64,000 nt of DNA from Pseudolabrys sp. (GCA_029255525.1 JANLJK010000200.1:67-64066), one strand, 5' to 3'; shown: positions 26,293 to 37,483, counted from the first letter of the stretch. Made by a program: numbers and translations. Notes: a model not told the origin generated them from the sequence alone.

Positions 26293-27600
26293 ATGCCTGA
26301 ATTGAGCACAAACGCCGTCGCTATCATCGGCTTTCTCAGCTTGTTCGCGCTGATGCTGCTGCGCGTCCCGGTGGGCATGGCCATGGGCCTCGTTGGCGTC
26401 ACCGGATTTGCCTATCTCAACGGCAGCGGGCCGGCGCTCAAAATCGTGGGCCACACGTCGATGCGGACGGTGACCGACTACACGTTCGGCGTCATCCCGA
26501 TGTTCCTGCTAATGGGCGCCTTCGTCACCAATTCAGGCATGAGCCGTGAACTGTTCCGCGCCGCCAACAGCTTTCTTGGCCACCGCCGCGGTGGTCTCGG
26601 CATCGCGACCATTGCGGCCTGCGGCGGCTTTGCCGCCATTTCCGGCTCGTCGGTCGCGACCGCAGCAACCTTCTCCACCGTCGCCTATCCGGAAATGCGC
26701 CGCTACGGCTACCCGCAGAGCTTCGCCACCGGCGTGATCGCCGCCGGCGGCACACTCGGGGCCATGCTGCCGCCATCCACCGTGCTCGCGGTTTACGGCA
26801 TCCTCACTGAACAGGACATCGGCAAGCTATTCATCGCCGGCGTGCTGCCCGGCCTGCTCGCCGCATCGATGTACATCACCACCGTCCTACTGATCGGTTT
26901 GGCGCGCCCCGACTTCCTGCCGTCCGGCCCGCGCCATAGCTGGAAGGAGCGGCTGCATGCGTTGCGTGACGTCTGGGCGACGCTGTTGCTGTTCGTGTTC
27001 GCGATCGGCGGTCTTTACGGCGGCCTGTTCACGCCGACCGAGGCCGGCGGCATGGGCGCTGGCGGCGCGTTTCTGATCGGCATCCTGCGCGGACGTCTCG
27101 ACCGCAAATCCGTGCGGCGCTCCCTACTGCAGGCAACGCGCACCGCTGCGGCGGTGTTTACCGTGCTGATCGGCGCACTTCTCTTTGGCTACTTCCTCAC
27201 GATCACCCAAACGCCGCAGAAAGTCACCGAGTTCCTCACCGGTCTGGGCATCGGCCGTTACGGTGTGCTGGCCCTGATCATGTTGATGTACCTCATCCTC
27301 GGCTGCCTGATGGACGCCTTGGCGATGGTAATCCTGACCGTACCGATCATCTTCCCGGTTATCGTCCATCTCGGCTTCGACCCGATCTGGTTCGGCATCA
27401 TCATCGTGATGACCGTGGAGTTGGGCCTCATCCACCCGCCGGTGGGCATGATCGTCTTCGTCATAAAAAGTGTCGTACAGGACGTCAGTTTTGCAACAAT
27501 CTTCAAGGGCGTGTTGCCTTTCATCGTCACCGATTTGATCCGGCTGCTCATCCTGATTGCGTTCCCGATTATCGCGCTCTGGCTGCCCTCGCACATGTGA
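26293..27600 (+). CDS. dctM: TRAP transporter large permease
   Basis: IPMFLLMG, SGSSVATAA, GTLGAMLPPS, FTPTEAG, FDPIWFG, HPPVG. Confidence 0.93.
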   Translation: MPELSTNAVAIIGFLSLFALMLLRVPVGMAMGLVGVTGFAYLNGSGPALKIVGHTSMRTVTDYTFGVIPMFLLMGAFVTNSGMSRELFRAANSFLGHRRGGLGIATIAACGGFAAISGSSVATAATFSTVAYPEMRRYGYPQSFATGVIAAGGTLGAMLPPSTVLAVYGILTEQDIGKLFIAGVLPGLLAASMYITTVLLIGLARPDFLPSGPRHSWKERLHALRDVWATLLLFVFAIGGLYGGLFTPTEAGGMGAGGAFLIGILRGRLDRKSVRRSLLQATRTAAAVFTVLIGALLFGYFLTITQTPQKVTEFLTGLGIGRYGVLALIMLMYLILGCLMDALAMVILTVPIIFPVIVHLGFDPIWFGIIIVMTVELGLIHPPVGMIVFVIKSVVQDVSFATIFKGVLPFIVTDLIRLLILIAFPIIALWLPSHM

Positions 27601-27628
27601 TCGCGGCCCCATTTTTCTTTCTCGCATC

Positions 27629-27652
27629 AGATAGTTGAGCAACAAACTATCT
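27629..27652. promoter_or_regulatory. Second candidate MarR operator
   Basis: AGATAGTT-N8-AACTATCT; same core and spacing as 24500-24519. Confidence 0.65.
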
Positions 27653-27676
27653 TTTCCACGTCGAAAGGATCGACGC

Positions 27677-29386
27677 GTGTACACGGCCGGAACTGCCTTT
27701 CTCGAGGCCCTCAAGGAGGCAGGCGTCTCCTATATCTTTGCCAATCTCGGCAGCGACCATCCGGCTATCGTGGAGTCCGTCGCCGAAGGCGTGGCCAACG
27801 GCCGCGGTTTCCCCACGCTACTCACCTGCCCGAACGAGATGGTGGCGCTGAGCGCCGCGCACGGCTACGCGCAGGTGACGGGCGAAGCGCAGGCCGTCAT
27901 CGTCCACGTCGAATGCGGCACCCAGGCGCTCGGCGGCGCCGTGCACAACGCGCTGCGCGGCCGCGTGCCGGTGCTGATCTTCGCCGGCGCCACGCCTTAC
28001 ACCCAGGAAGGCGAGCTGAAAGGCACGCGCAACGAATGGATCCAGTGGATCCAGGACATCGCCGACCAGCGCGGCATCGTCCGCAACTATGTGAAGTTCG
28101 ACTACGAATTCCGCACCGGCCGCAACATCAAGCAGGTGACGCACCGCGCGATGCAGCTCGCCAAGAGCGATCCGCAGGGGCCGGTCTATCTCGTCGGCGC
28201 GCGCGAGGTGATGGAAGAGGACGCGACGCCCGTCGCCATCGACATGGCCGAATGGCCGGCGATCGCGCCGCTGCCGTTGCGCGACGAAGACGCGAAGGCG
28301 CTCGCGCAGGCGCTGTCGCAGGCGAAGCGCCCGCTGGTGGTGACGAGCTATGTCGGCCGCAACCCGCAAGCCGTGAGCGAGCTGACGCAGCTCTGCCACC
28401 GGCTCGGTATCGCCGTGCTGGAGCAGTCGCCGACCAACGTCAACTTCTCGCCGGATGACCCGCTCTATATGGGCCACCGCTGGAGCGAGCCGCATCAGGA
28501 GCCGGTGCTGGCCGAGGCCGACGTCGTGCTGGTCATCGACAGCGACGCGCCATGGGTGCCGTCGGCCAGCAAGCCGAACGACAAGGCCGCCGTCTTCCAT
28601 ATCGACGTCGATCCGCTGAAGGACGACATCCCGCTCTGGTACATCAAGGCGCGCCGCGCGTTCCGCGCCGACGGCGCGACCGCGCTCGCGCAGATCAACG
28701 CCGCACTCGACGGCATGACGGTCAACGCCGCGGCCGTCGAAGAGCGTGCCAAGCACTATACCGCGATGCACGACAAGCGCGCCGCCGAGCTGACGCGCCG
28801 CGAGCAGCCGGGCGACGTGCTCACCGGCGAATACTTCACCGCTGTCTTGCGCAAGCACGTCGACGCCGACACCGTCGTGCTGAGCGAGACCATCACCAAC
28901 TACCCGACCATCGCCAACCACCTGCGCCCGTCGCGACCCGGCAGCTATTTCCTCAGCGGCGGCTCGTCGCTCGGCTGGAACGGCGGCGCGGCCATCGGCG
29001 TCAAGCTCGCCTGCCCGGACAAGACCGTGATCGCACTCTGCGGCGACGGCTCCTACATGTTCACGGTGCCGTCGAGCGTGCACTGGATGGCGCGCAAGTA
29101 TCAGACGCCGTTCCTGCAGATCGTCTACAATAACGGCGGCTGGCGCTCGCCGAAGATGTCGGCGCTCGCCGTGCATCCGAAGGGCTACGCCAGCCGCGCC
29201 AATTCCATCGGCGTCGAATTCGATCCAGCCCCCGATCATTCCGCCATCGCGGCCGCGGCCGGCGGCGCTTACGCGCGCAAGGTCGAAAAGCCCAGCGAGG
29301 CCGAGGAAGCCATCGCCGAGGCACTCCGTGTGGTGCGCGAGGAAAAGCGCTGCGCGGTGCTCGACGTGCGCATTCCGCATCTCTGA
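27677..29386 (+). CDS. Thiamine diphosphate-dependent enzyme (AHAS/decarboxylase-like), copy 1
   Basis: FANLGSDH, catalytic Glu in CPNEM, GDGSYMF...YNN; GTG start with AAGGA SD. Confidence 0.88.
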   Translation: MYTAGTAFLEALKEAGVSYIFANLGSDHPAIVESVAEGVANGRGFPTLLTCPNEMVALSAAHGYAQVTGEAQAVIVHVECGTQALGGAVHNALRGRVPVLIFAGATPYTQEGELKGTRNEWIQWIQDIADQRGIVRNYVKFDYEFRTGRNIKQVTHRAMQLAKSDPQGPVYLVGAREVMEEDATPVAIDMAEWPAIAPLPLRDEDAKALAQALSQAKRPLVVTSYVGRNPQAVSELTQLCHRLGIAVLEQSPTNVNFSPDDPLYMGHRWSEPHQEPVLAEADVVLVIDSDAPWVPSASKPNDKAAVFHIDVDPLKDDIPLWYIKARRAFRADGATALAQINAALDGMTVNAAAVEERAKHYTAMHDKRAAELTRREQPGDVLTGEYFTAVLRKHVDADTVVLSETITNYPTIANHLRPSRPGSYFLSGGSSLGWNGGAAIGVKLACPDKTVIALCGDGSYMFTVPSSVHWMARKYQTPFLQIVYNNGGWRSPKMSALAVHPKGYASRANSIGVEFDPAPDHSAIAAAAGGAYARKVEKPSEAEEAIAEALRVVREEKRCAVLDVRIPHL

Positions 29387-29445
29387 TTGCCTGGACTACG
29401 GCGGCCGCGTGGCCGCCGCACGACATAAAACAAAGGGAGGAACAC

Positions 29446-30888
29446 ATGAACGTCGCTCTTCTGATCAATGGCGCCGACGTGAAGGCGCGCAACGGCGCCA
29501 CCTTCGACCGCAAGGATCCGGTGACGGGCGAGGTGGTAAGCACCGCTGCCGCCGCTTCGGTCGACGACGTGAACGCCGCCTGCGATGCCGCGGCCGCCGC
29601 GTTCCCGGCCTGGTCGGAGACCGGCCCCAACGATCGCCGCAAGATTCTATTGAAGGCTGCCGACATGCTGGAGGCCAAGGCGCCAGACTTCATCAAGCTG
29701 ATGATCGAGGAGACCGGCGCCACCGGTCCCTGGTCCGGCTTCAACGTGATGTTCGCCGCCAAGCTGCTGCGCGAAGCCGCCTGCATGACGACGATGATCC
29801 ACGGCGAGGTGATTCCCTCCGACAAGCCGGGCTGCTTCTCGATGGGCTATCGTCAGGCCGTGGGCGTCTGCGTTGGCATGGCGCCGTGGAACGCGCCGGT
29901 CATCCTCGGCATGCGCGCAGTGGCGATGCCGCTCGCCTGTGGCAACACCGTGGTGATGAAGGCTTCCGAAACCTGCCCCGCCACGCACATGCTGATCGGC
30001 AAAGTGTTGCAGGAGGCCGGGCTGCCGAAGGGCGTCATCAACGTCATCACCCATTCGCGCGAAGACGCGCCGGCGGTGACGGAAGCATTGATCGCGCATC
30101 CGGCCGTGCGCCGCGTCAACTTCACCGGCTCGAGCCATGTCGGCCGCATCATCGCCATGACGGCGGCGAAATACTTGAAGCCCGTGCTGCTCGAGCTCGG
30201 CGGCAAGGCGCCGCTTTTAGTGCTCGACGACGCCAATCTCGACGACGCCGTCGACGGCGCAGCGTTCGGCGCTTTTATGCACCAGGGCCAGATCTGCATG
30301 TCGACCGAGCGCATCATCGTCGACAACAAGATCGCTGACGCTTTCGTCAGCAAGCTCGCCGCCAAGGCCAACGGCCTGTCCTACGGCAATCCGCGCGACA
30401 AGGTCGTGCTCGGCTCGCTGGTGAGCGCGCAGGCGGCCGACCGCATGGACGACCTGATGAAGGACGCCGTCGCCAAGGGCGCCAAGCTCGTCGCCGGCGG
30501 CAAGCGCACCGGCACGATCTGGTCCGCCACGCTGCTCGACCACGTCAACCCGCAGATGAAAATCTATCGTGAGGAATCGTTCGGCCCGGTGAAGAGCATC
30601 ATCCGCGTCGACGGCGACGACGAGGCGGTCAGCGTCGCCAACGACACCGAGTATGGTCTTTCCTCGGCGGTGTTCAGCGAGAATATCCAGCGCGCGATGG
30701 GAGTGGCCAAGCGCATTCAGGCCGGCATTTGCCACATCAACGGCCCGACCGTGAATGACGAGCCGCAGATGCCGTTCGGCGGCACCAAGGATTCCGGCTA
30801 CGGCCGCTTCGGCGGCACCGCTGCGATCGCCGAATTTACAGAGCTGCGCTGGATCACCATCGAGAGCCATCAGCACTATCCTTTCTGA
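29446..30888 (+). CDS. Aromatic aldehyde dehydrogenase (vanillin/salicylaldehyde dehydrogenase-like)
   Basis: PWNAP, FTGS, ELGGK, GQICMS, EESFGP, MPFGG. Confidence 0.9.
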   Translation: MNVALLINGADVKARNGATFDRKDPVTGEVVSTAAAASVDDVNAACDAAAAAFPAWSETGPNDRRKILLKAADMLEAKAPDFIKLMIEETGATGPWSGFNVMFAAKLLREAACMTTMIHGEVIPSDKPGCFSMGYRQAVGVCVGMAPWNAPVILGMRAVAMPLACGNTVVMKASETCPATHMLIGKVLQEAGLPKGVINVITHSREDAPAVTEALIAHPAVRRVNFTGSSHVGRIIAMTAAKYLKPVLLELGGKAPLLVLDDANLDDAVDGAAFGAFMHQGQICMSTERIIVDNKIADAFVSKLAAKANGLSYGNPRDKVVLGSLVSAQAADRMDDLMKDAVAKGAKLVAGGKRTGTIWSATLLDHVNPQMKIYREESFGPVKSIIRVDGDDEAVSVANDTEYGLSSAVFSENIQRAMGVAKRIQAGICHINGPTVNDEPQMPFGGTKDSGYGRFGGTAAIAEFTELRWITIESHQHYPF

Positions 30889-30910
30889 CCGCTTCGACGT
30901 TTGACATTAC

Positions 30911-30945
30911 AGGCCCGCCGCGGATGCATGCCGCGGCGGGCCTTT
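30911..30945 (+). terminator. Probable intrinsic terminator
   Basis: AGGCCCGCCGCGG-7 nt-CCGCGGCGGGCCT followed by TT. Confidence 0.65.
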
Positions 30946-31036
30946 GCTTGTAAGGCTTGTCCCTTCCGGCTAAGACTCTGCGAAACAAAAATGGTCCTTA
31001 GTTACATTTTGTGGACGAAAACCAGGGAAGAAACGC

Positions 31037-32737
31037 ATGTCTGCTACGCCTGCCGCTCGGCCTCCCCTCGCCGCCGAAGCTTTCCTGCGCGCGCTCGCAG
31101 ATCACGGCATTGACTATTTTTTCGCCAATCCCGGCACCGACTTCCCGCCCATTGTCGAAGCCTTCGACCGGGCCAAGAAGACAAACGCCAAGGTTCCAAA
31201 GCCGGTCCTGGTGCCGCATGAGAACTTGGCGGTCGCCATGGCGCACGGCGCCTATCTGATGAACGGCCGGCCGCAGGCCGTCATGGTGCATGTCAACGTC
31301 GGTACCGCCAACACCATCAACAACCTGACCAACCTCTCCCGCGATCGTATTCCATTGATCCTTGCCGCCGGCCGCACGCCGATCACCGAAAAGGGTTCGT
31401 TCGGCTCGCGCAACCGCCCGATCCATTGGGCGCAGGAGATGTTCGATCAGGCCGGCATGCTGCGCGAATTGGTGAAGTGGGATTACGAACTGCGCGTGCC
31501 GGCGCAAGTCGGCGATGTGGTCGCGCGTTCGGTGGAGGTGTCGATGGCGCATCCACGCGGGCCGGTTTATCTCGTATTGCCCCGCGAACCCTTAGCAGCC
31601 CCCCTCACCGAGCCGACGATGCCGATGAAGCCGCGGGCGCGCGCGGCGCAGACACATCCCGATCCCCAGGCCATCGGCCAGCTCGCCGAGTGGGTCGCCA
31701 CCGCCGAGCGGCCGCTGATCATCGCCGCCACGCTGCCGGGCGACGCCGTGCCGGCGCTGTCGCATCTCGCCGAGCGCTGCGCCATCCCGGTGATCACGCA
31801 TAACCCGCGCAGCGTGTGCCTGCCCTCGAGCCATCCCATGCATTTCGGCTACGAGCCCGGCACGCTGCTGGCCGACGCCGACCTCATTATCGTGCTCGAT
31901 TCCGACGTGCCGTGGATGCCCCATCTGCAACATCCGCAACCAGGCGCCCGCATCGCCCATGTCGGCGAAGACCCATTTTATGTGCGCTATCCGATGCGCT
32001 CGTTCCCCAGCGATCTCTCGGTGCAGTCCGGTGTCACCAATGCCTTGCGTGCTTTGAGCGACACCGTCGAACACAAGCTCACCCTGGCCGAGGCCCGTAT
32101 CGCCTCGCGCCGCACCCGCCTGGCCGAGCGCATGCGCACGCGGCGCGCGCAACTTGCCAAGGATTCCGCGCCGGGCGAGCGCATCTCGCCGGCCTATCTC
32201 TCGCATGCCATCGGCGAAGCGGTCGGCCAGGACGCCGTCATCTTCAACGAATATCCGCTGCGCGCCGATCATTGCCCGCGCGAGAAGCCCGGCACCCTGT
32301 TCGCGCTCGGTCCGGCCGGCGGTCTCGGCTGGGGCCTCGGCGCGGCGCTCGGTGCCAAGCTCGCCGCGCCGGACAAGTTCGTCGTCGCAACGCTCGGTGA
32401 CGGCGCCTACATGTTCTCCAACCCGATGGTGGGGCATTGGGTGTCAGCCGCGCACAACCTGCCGATCCTGACCATCGTCTTCAACAACAGCCGCTATGGC
32501 GCCGTGCGCAACTCGACTTTGTCGATGTTCAAGGACGGCGTCGCCGGCGAAAACGACGGCAATACGCTGGCCGATCTCGGCCCCGCCCCGCCTTACGAGG
32601 AAATGGCCCGCGCGCAGGGCGCCCATGCCGAACGGGTCGAGAAAGCGGCCGAGCTGCCGGAAGCGCTTGCCCGCGCCCGCAATGCCGTGCTCATTGAAGG
32701 CAGACAGGCCTTCCTCAATGTGATCACGCCCTACTGA
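31037..32737 (+). CDS. Thiamine diphosphate-dependent enzyme, copy 2
   Basis: FANPGTDF, PHENLA, GDGAYMF...FNN. Confidence 0.88.
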   Translation: MSATPAARPPLAAEAFLRALADHGIDYFFANPGTDFPPIVEAFDRAKKTNAKVPKPVLVPHENLAVAMAHGAYLMNGRPQAVMVHVNVGTANTINNLTNLSRDRIPLILAAGRTPITEKGSFGSRNRPIHWAQEMFDQAGMLRELVKWDYELRVPAQVGDVVARSVEVSMAHPRGPVYLVLPREPLAAPLTEPTMPMKPRARAAQTHPDPQAIGQLAEWVATAERPLIIAATLPGDAVPALSHLAERCAIPVITHNPRSVCLPSSHPMHFGYEPGTLLADADLIIVLDSDVPWMPHLQHPQPGARIAHVGEDPFYVRYPMRSFPSDLSVQSGVTNALRALSDTVEHKLTLAEARIASRRTRLAERMRTRRAQLAKDSAPGERISPAYLSHAIGEAVGQDAVIFNEYPLRADHCPREKPGTLFALGPAGGLGWGLGAALGAKLAAPDKFVVATLGDGAYMFSNPMVGHWVSAAHNLPILTIVFNNSRYGAVRNSTLSMFKDGVAGENDGNTLADLGPAPPYEEMARAQGAHAERVEKAAELPEALARARNAVLIEGRQAFLNVITPY

Positions 32738-32774
32738 ATTAACGACCTCAAGAAGAACAAGTCAGGAGCTCCCG

Positions 32775-33791
32775 ATGCGCGTCGACGCCTACACCCATTT
32801 CATGCCGAGCCGGATGTTCAAGAAGCTTGTGGACTCGGGCTACCCGGACATCGGCAAGCGCATGCGCGAAGTTCCGTGCATCCACGACCTCGACGAGCGC
32901 CGCCGCGTCGTCGACCTGTTCAAGGACTATGCGCAGATCCTGTCTTATCCGATGCCGCCGCTGGAAATGCTGGCGAAGGGCGACGGCGCCCAGGTGCAGG
33001 CCGACGCCAAGCTGATCAACGACGAATTCCAGGAAATCTGCGCCAAATACGGCGATCACTTCCCCGGCTGGGTGGCGCAGGGCGCGCTCGGCTCGGCCGA
33101 TGCCGGCGTCGCCGAAGCCGAACGCGCGATCAAGAACGGCGCGCTCGGTGTGCAGATCTACACGAACGTCGCGGGCAAGCCTCTCGACGATCCGGCCTTC
33201 GAACCGTTCTTCGCCGCCATGGAGAAGATGGACAAGCCGATCTGGCTGCATCCCGCGCGCGGCGCGGTCTTCGCCGACTATCCGACCGAGAAGAAATCGA
33301 AATTCGAAATCTGGTGGGCGTTCGGCTGGTCCTACGAAACCGGCGCGGCGATGGCGCGGCTGGTGTTCTCGCGGCTGATGGACAAGTATCCGAAGCTCAA
33401 GATCATCACCCACCACTTCGGCGGCATCGTGCCGATGCTGGAAGGCCGTATCGGTCCCGGCTGGGATCAGCTTGGCTCGCGCACCTCGGATGAAGATCTC
33501 ACGGTGCTCTTGAAAGAGCTCAAGAAGCGCCCGCTCGATTACTTCAAGCACACCTTCTACGCCGACACCGCGACCTTCTCCGCCAAGCCGGCGCTGGATG
33601 CGGGCTTTGCCTTCTACGACCTCGACAAGATCGTGTTCGCTTCCGACTGCCCGTTCGATCCGGAGAAGGGCACGATGTACACGCGCGACGCATTGCGCAT
33701 GATCGAGGAGCGCGACATGCCGAAGGCCGACAAGGACATGGTCTGGCACGGCAACCTCGAGCGCATCACGGGCGTTAAGCTGGTGAAGTAA
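32775..33791 (+). CDS. Amidohydrolase_2 family protein (ACMSD-like decarboxylase/hydratase)
   Basis: DAYTHF, WLHP, ITHHFGG, FASDCPF; AGGAG SD. Confidence 0.85.
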   Translation: MRVDAYTHFMPSRMFKKLVDSGYPDIGKRMREVPCIHDLDERRRVVDLFKDYAQILSYPMPPLEMLAKGDGAQVQADAKLINDEFQEICAKYGDHFPGWVAQGALGSADAGVAEAERAIKNGALGVQIYTNVAGKPLDDPAFEPFFAAMEKMDKPIWLHPARGAVFADYPTEKKSKFEIWWAFGWSYETGAAMARLVFSRLMDKYPKLKIITHHFGGIVPMLEGRIGPGWDQLGSRTSDEDLTVLLKELKKRPLDYFKHTFYADTATFSAKPALDAGFAFYDLDKIVFASDCPFDPEKGTMYTRDALRMIEERDMPKADKDMVWHGNLERITGVKLVK

Positions 33792-33799
33792 AACGAACT

Positions 33800-33881
33800 G
33801 CGCATGGCCGGGCTCGGCCCGGCCATGCGCGCCTGGTGCGACGAAAAGTCGTGGATGCCCGGCATAAAGCCGGGCATGACG
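33800..33881. repeat. REP-like double hairpin (ATGGCCGGGC/GCCCGGC class)
   Basis: GCGCATGGCCGGGC..GCCCGGCCATGCGC and ATGCCCGGC..GCCGGGCATGAC. Confidence 0.8.
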
Positions 33882-33938
33882 GGCCGAGAGACCCCCTCGC
33901 CCATGAAATCCCGGTGAGCATCTGCTACGGTGCCGCCC

Positions 33939-36692
33939 ATGGCGCTGACCCAACCCTCCGGCCTCGACGAGCCTGACGAAACCCTGCCCGTTCCCCCTGC
34001 CCCGGTGGAAACGAGCGGCGGCGTCACGCCAGTGATGGCGCAGTTCATCGAGATCAAGGCCGCTAATCCAGACTGCCTACTGTTCTACCGGATGGGCGAC
34101 TTCTACGAGCTGTTTTTCGAGGACGCCGAAATCGCCTCGCGCGCGCTCGGCATCGTGCTGACCAAGCGCGGCAAGCATCATGGCCAGGACATCCCGATGT
34201 GCGGGGTCCCGATCCATCGCTCCGACGAGTATCTGCACCGCCTGATCGCGTTGGGTCATCGCGTCGCGGTTTGCGAGCAGCTCGAAGACCCGGCCGAGGC
34301 GAAGAAGCGCGGTTCCAAGAGCGTCGTGCGGCGCGACGTCGTGCGCCTGGTCACGCCCGGCACCCTCACCGAGGACACGCTGCTCGACGCGCGGCGCAAC
34401 AATTACCTGTTGGCGGTCGCGCGGGCGCGGCTGTCCTCCGTCGGCGAGGACACGCGCTTCGCCCTGGCCTGGATCGACATCTCCACCGGCGAGTTTCGTA
34501 TCACCGAATGCGAGCGCGCATCGTTGCCGGCCGAGATCGCGCGGCTTGAGCCGGGCGAGATCGTCGTCTCCGACGCGCTCTATGCCGACGCCGATCTCGT
34601 GCCCTTCTGGCGCACGCTGCCGGCGGTCACGCCGCTGACGCGCGACGTGTTCGACAGCGCCACGGCCGAGCGCCGGCTGACATCGTTCTTTGCCGTCGCC
34701 ACCAGCGAGGCCTTCGGCACACTGACACGGCTGGAGCTGACCGCCGCCGCGGCCTGCGTAACCTATGTCGAGCGCACGCAGCTCGGCCAAAGGCCGCCTT
34801 TGTCGCCGCCCGCGCGCGAAAGCGCCGGCGCGACGATGGCGATCGACCAGGCGACGCGCGCCAATCTCGAATTGACCCGCACGCTCGGCGGCGAGCGGCG
34901 TGGCTCGCTCTTGGAAGCCATCGATCGCACCGTGACTTCGGCCGGCTCGCGCCTGCTAGCGCAGCGCCTGTCGGCGCCACTCACCGCGCCCGCCGAGATC
35001 GGGCGGCGCCTCGACGCCGTCGGTGCTTTCGTGAGCGATATCGTCGCCCGGGCGGAGACGCGCTCGCGCCTGCAAGCCGCGCCCGATCTGGCCCGCGCAT
35101 TGGCGCGGCTCGCGGTCGGCCGTGGCGGTCCGCGCGATCTTGCCGCGATCCGCGATGGCGTGAAGGCCGCCGCCGATCTCAGCAATGCGTTGAGTGCGCT
35201 CAAAGAGACGCCGACGGAGATCGCCGACGCCTTGCGCACCTGTCGCCGCCCCGACGCGATCCTCACGGCCGAGCTTGGCCGCGCACTCGCCGACGAATTG
35301 CCACTGATCAAGCGCGACGGCGGCTTCGTGCGCGAAGGATACGATGCCGCGCTCGATGAGCTGCGCGCGCTACGCGACGAATCCCGCCGCGTCATTGCCG
35401 CGCTGCAGGCGCGCTACGCCGATGACACCGGCGTAAAGATCCTGAAGATCCGGCACAACAATGTGCTAGGCTATTTTGTCGAGGTGACGGCGCAGCATGG
35501 CGAGAAGCTGATGGCGGCGCCACTCAACGCCACCTTCATCCATCGCCAGACGCTCGCCGGCCAGGTGCGCTTCACCACCACCGAGCTCGGAGAGCTGGAG
35601 GCCAAGATCGCCAACGCGGCTGAACGCGCGCTCGGCCTAGAGCTCGACGTTTTCGAGCGACTGTGCGGCGCGGTGATCGCCGATAGCGCCGCTATTAAGG
35701 ACTGCGCCGAAGCGCTGGCGCGCCTCGACGTCGCCAGCGCGCTGGCCCAGCTTGCCGCCGAGCGCGATTATGCACGGCCGGACATTGACGACAGCCACGC
35801 CTTCACCATCGATGGCGGCCGCCATCCGGTCGTCGAGCAGGCGCTGGCACGCGACGGCACGCCCTTCGTCGCCAATGACTGCGATCTCTCGCCGCCCGAC
35901 GAAGGCGAAGCTGGCCGCATCTGGCTGATCACCGGCCCGAACATGGCCGGTAAATCGACCTTCCTGCGTCAGAACGCGCTGATCACGATCATGGCGCAAA
36001 CAGGCAGCTTCGTGCCAGCGCGGCACGCCCATATCGGTGTGGTCGACCGGCTGTTTTCACGCGTCGGCGCGGCCGACGACCTCGCGCGCGGCCGCTCGAC
36101 CTTCATGGTCGAGATGGTGGAGACCGCCGCCATCCTCAATCAGGCCGGCCCGCGCGCACTCGTCATCTTGGACGAAATTGGCCGCGGCACCGCGACTTTC
36201 GACGGTCTTTCCATCGCCTGGGCCGCGGTCGAGCATCTGCATGACGTCAACAAATGCCGTTCACTGTTCGCCACGCATTTCCACGAATTGACCGCGCTGT
36301 CGACGCGTCTGTCGCGCCTACACAATGCGACGGTGAAGGTGAAGGAGTGGAAGGGCGACGTGGTGTTCCTGCATGAAGTAACGGCCGGCGCCGCCGACCG
36401 CTCTTACGGCATTCAGGTCGCCAAGCTTGCCGGTTTGCCGACGAGCGTGATCGAGCGCGCCAAAGTCGTGCTGGCCAAGCTCGAGCAGGAAGACCGAGCG
36501 GCGCCCAAGGGCTTCGAAGACCTGCCGCTGTTCGCTACGCCGTTCAAGGCGGCGCAACAGGCGCCGGACGCCGCGCAAGACGCGCTCATCAACGCACTCG
36601 CCGCGCTCAATCCCGACGACATGTCGCCGCGCGAGGCGATGGAAGCTCTTTATGCCTTAAAGGCGAAGCTGGCGGCGAAGGCCCGAACCTAG
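33939..36692 (+). CDS. mutS: DNA mismatch repair protein MutS
   Basis: [49 protein letters not shown]. Confidence 0.98.
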   Translation: MALTQPSGLDEPDETLPVPPAPVETSGGVTPVMAQFIEIKAANPDCLLFYRMGDFYELFFEDAEIASRALGIVLTKRGKHHGQDIPMCGVPIHRSDEYLHRLIALGHRVAVCEQLEDPAEAKKRGSKSVVRRDVVRLVTPGTLTEDTLLDARRNNYLLAVARARLSSVGEDTRFALAWIDISTGEFRITECERASLPAEIARLEPGEIVVSDALYADADLVPFWRTLPAVTPLTRDVFDSATAERRLTSFFAVATSEAFGTLTRLELTAAAACVTYVERTQLGQRPPLSPPARESAGATMAIDQATRANLELTRTLGGERRGSLLEAIDRTVTSAGSRLLAQRLSAPLTAPAEIGRRLDAVGAFVSDIVARAETRSRLQAAPDLARALARLAVGRGGPRDLAAIRDGVKAAADLSNALSALKETPTEIADALRTCRRPDAILTAELGRALADELPLIKRDGGFVREGYDAALDELRALRDESRRVIAALQARYADDTGVKILKIRHNNVLGYFVEVTAQHGEKLMAAPLNATFIHRQTLAGQVRFTTTELGELEAKIANAAERALGLELDVFERLCGAVIADSAAIKDCAEALARLDVASALAQLAAERDYARPDIDDSHAFTIDGGRHPVVEQALARDGTPFVANDCDLSPPDEGEAGRIWLITGPNMAGKSTFLRQNALITIMAQTGSFVPARHAHIGVVDRLFSRVGAADDLARGRSTFMVEMVETAAILNQAGPRALVILDEIGRGTATFDGLSIAWAAVEHLHDVNKCRSLFATHFHELTALSTRLSRLHNATVKVKEWKGDVVFLHEVTAGAADRSYGIQVAKLAGLPTSVIERAKVVLAKLEQEDRAAPKGFEDLPLFATPFKAAQQAPDAAQDALINALAALNPDDMSPREAMEALYALKAKLAAKART

Positions 36693-37483
36693 ACCGCCAC
36701 GCCGTGCCGTCGCGCAAGCAGCACTAGCAAACTCCAACCGACAGAGGCACCAAGCGCCAAGGCGAGCCCCATTGCCGAGCCAAACGGCACCGCCGTGACG
36801 TGCAAAGTGATGCAGGCAAAGGCAAAGCCGACGAGACCGAGCACCGCATTCGCCATCACTGCCGCCGTCGGCTTACCGCCGACGCGGCTGTGCAGGATGA
36901 GGATGATGCTGATCAGGATGATCGGAAACACGGCGAGGATGCCGCTGCCGGACGGCCCGATGCGGAAGCTCAAGGTCACGGTGACGCCGACCAGCGCCGC
37001 CACCAAGCCGGCGCGCAGCACGAGATCATACCAGCGCCGGTACAGAAACGGGATCTTCACGTTGCGCAGCGGCCGCGCCAAGGCGATGCAGCCAGCCAGC
37101 ACCACGACATTGAGCACAAGTGCGGTCGTCAGCGTCCACGGCACGGCATAGACGGCGAGCGCCAGCACGAACCAGACGGCGACCGCGAGCATCAAGCTGA
37201 CAGCGAGCGAGCACCGCTGCGCCAACAGCGCGTAGACCAGCGCAAAGGTCACGTTCGCCGCATTGACGGCGAGACTCATCACCGCGCTGGCGGCGATAAA
37301 AGCCGCATCGTGATCCATCGCCAGGAACACATAGACCGGGCCGCCACCGAGCGGCAGCGTCGCCACTAGGCCGCCGACCAACGGCCCCGCGCGCTCCGCC
37401 GTCACCGTCGCGACGAGCACGAAGACGGCGGTGATCGCCATGCGCAGGGCGAGTATGAGCGTGAAGTCCAAGTCCGAGGGCAT
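36689..37483 (-). CDS. Hypothetical integral membrane protein with an internal two-fold repeat
   Basis: About 8 hydrophobic segments; repeated GP..(G/S)G....(L/F)P motif in each half. Confidence 0.75.
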   Translation of the reverse strand: MPSDLDFTLILALRMAITAVFVLVATVTAERAGPLVGGLVATLPLGGGPVYVFLAMDHDAAFIAASAVMSLAVNAANVTFALVYALLAQRCSLAVSLMLAVAVWFVLALAVYAVPWTLTTALVLNVVVLAGCIALARPLRNVKIPFLYRRWYDLVLRAGLVAALVGVTVTLSFRIGPSGSGILAVFPIILISIILILHSRVGGKPTAAVMANAVLGLVGFAFACITLHVTAVPFGSAMGLALALGASVGWSLLVLLARRHGVAV

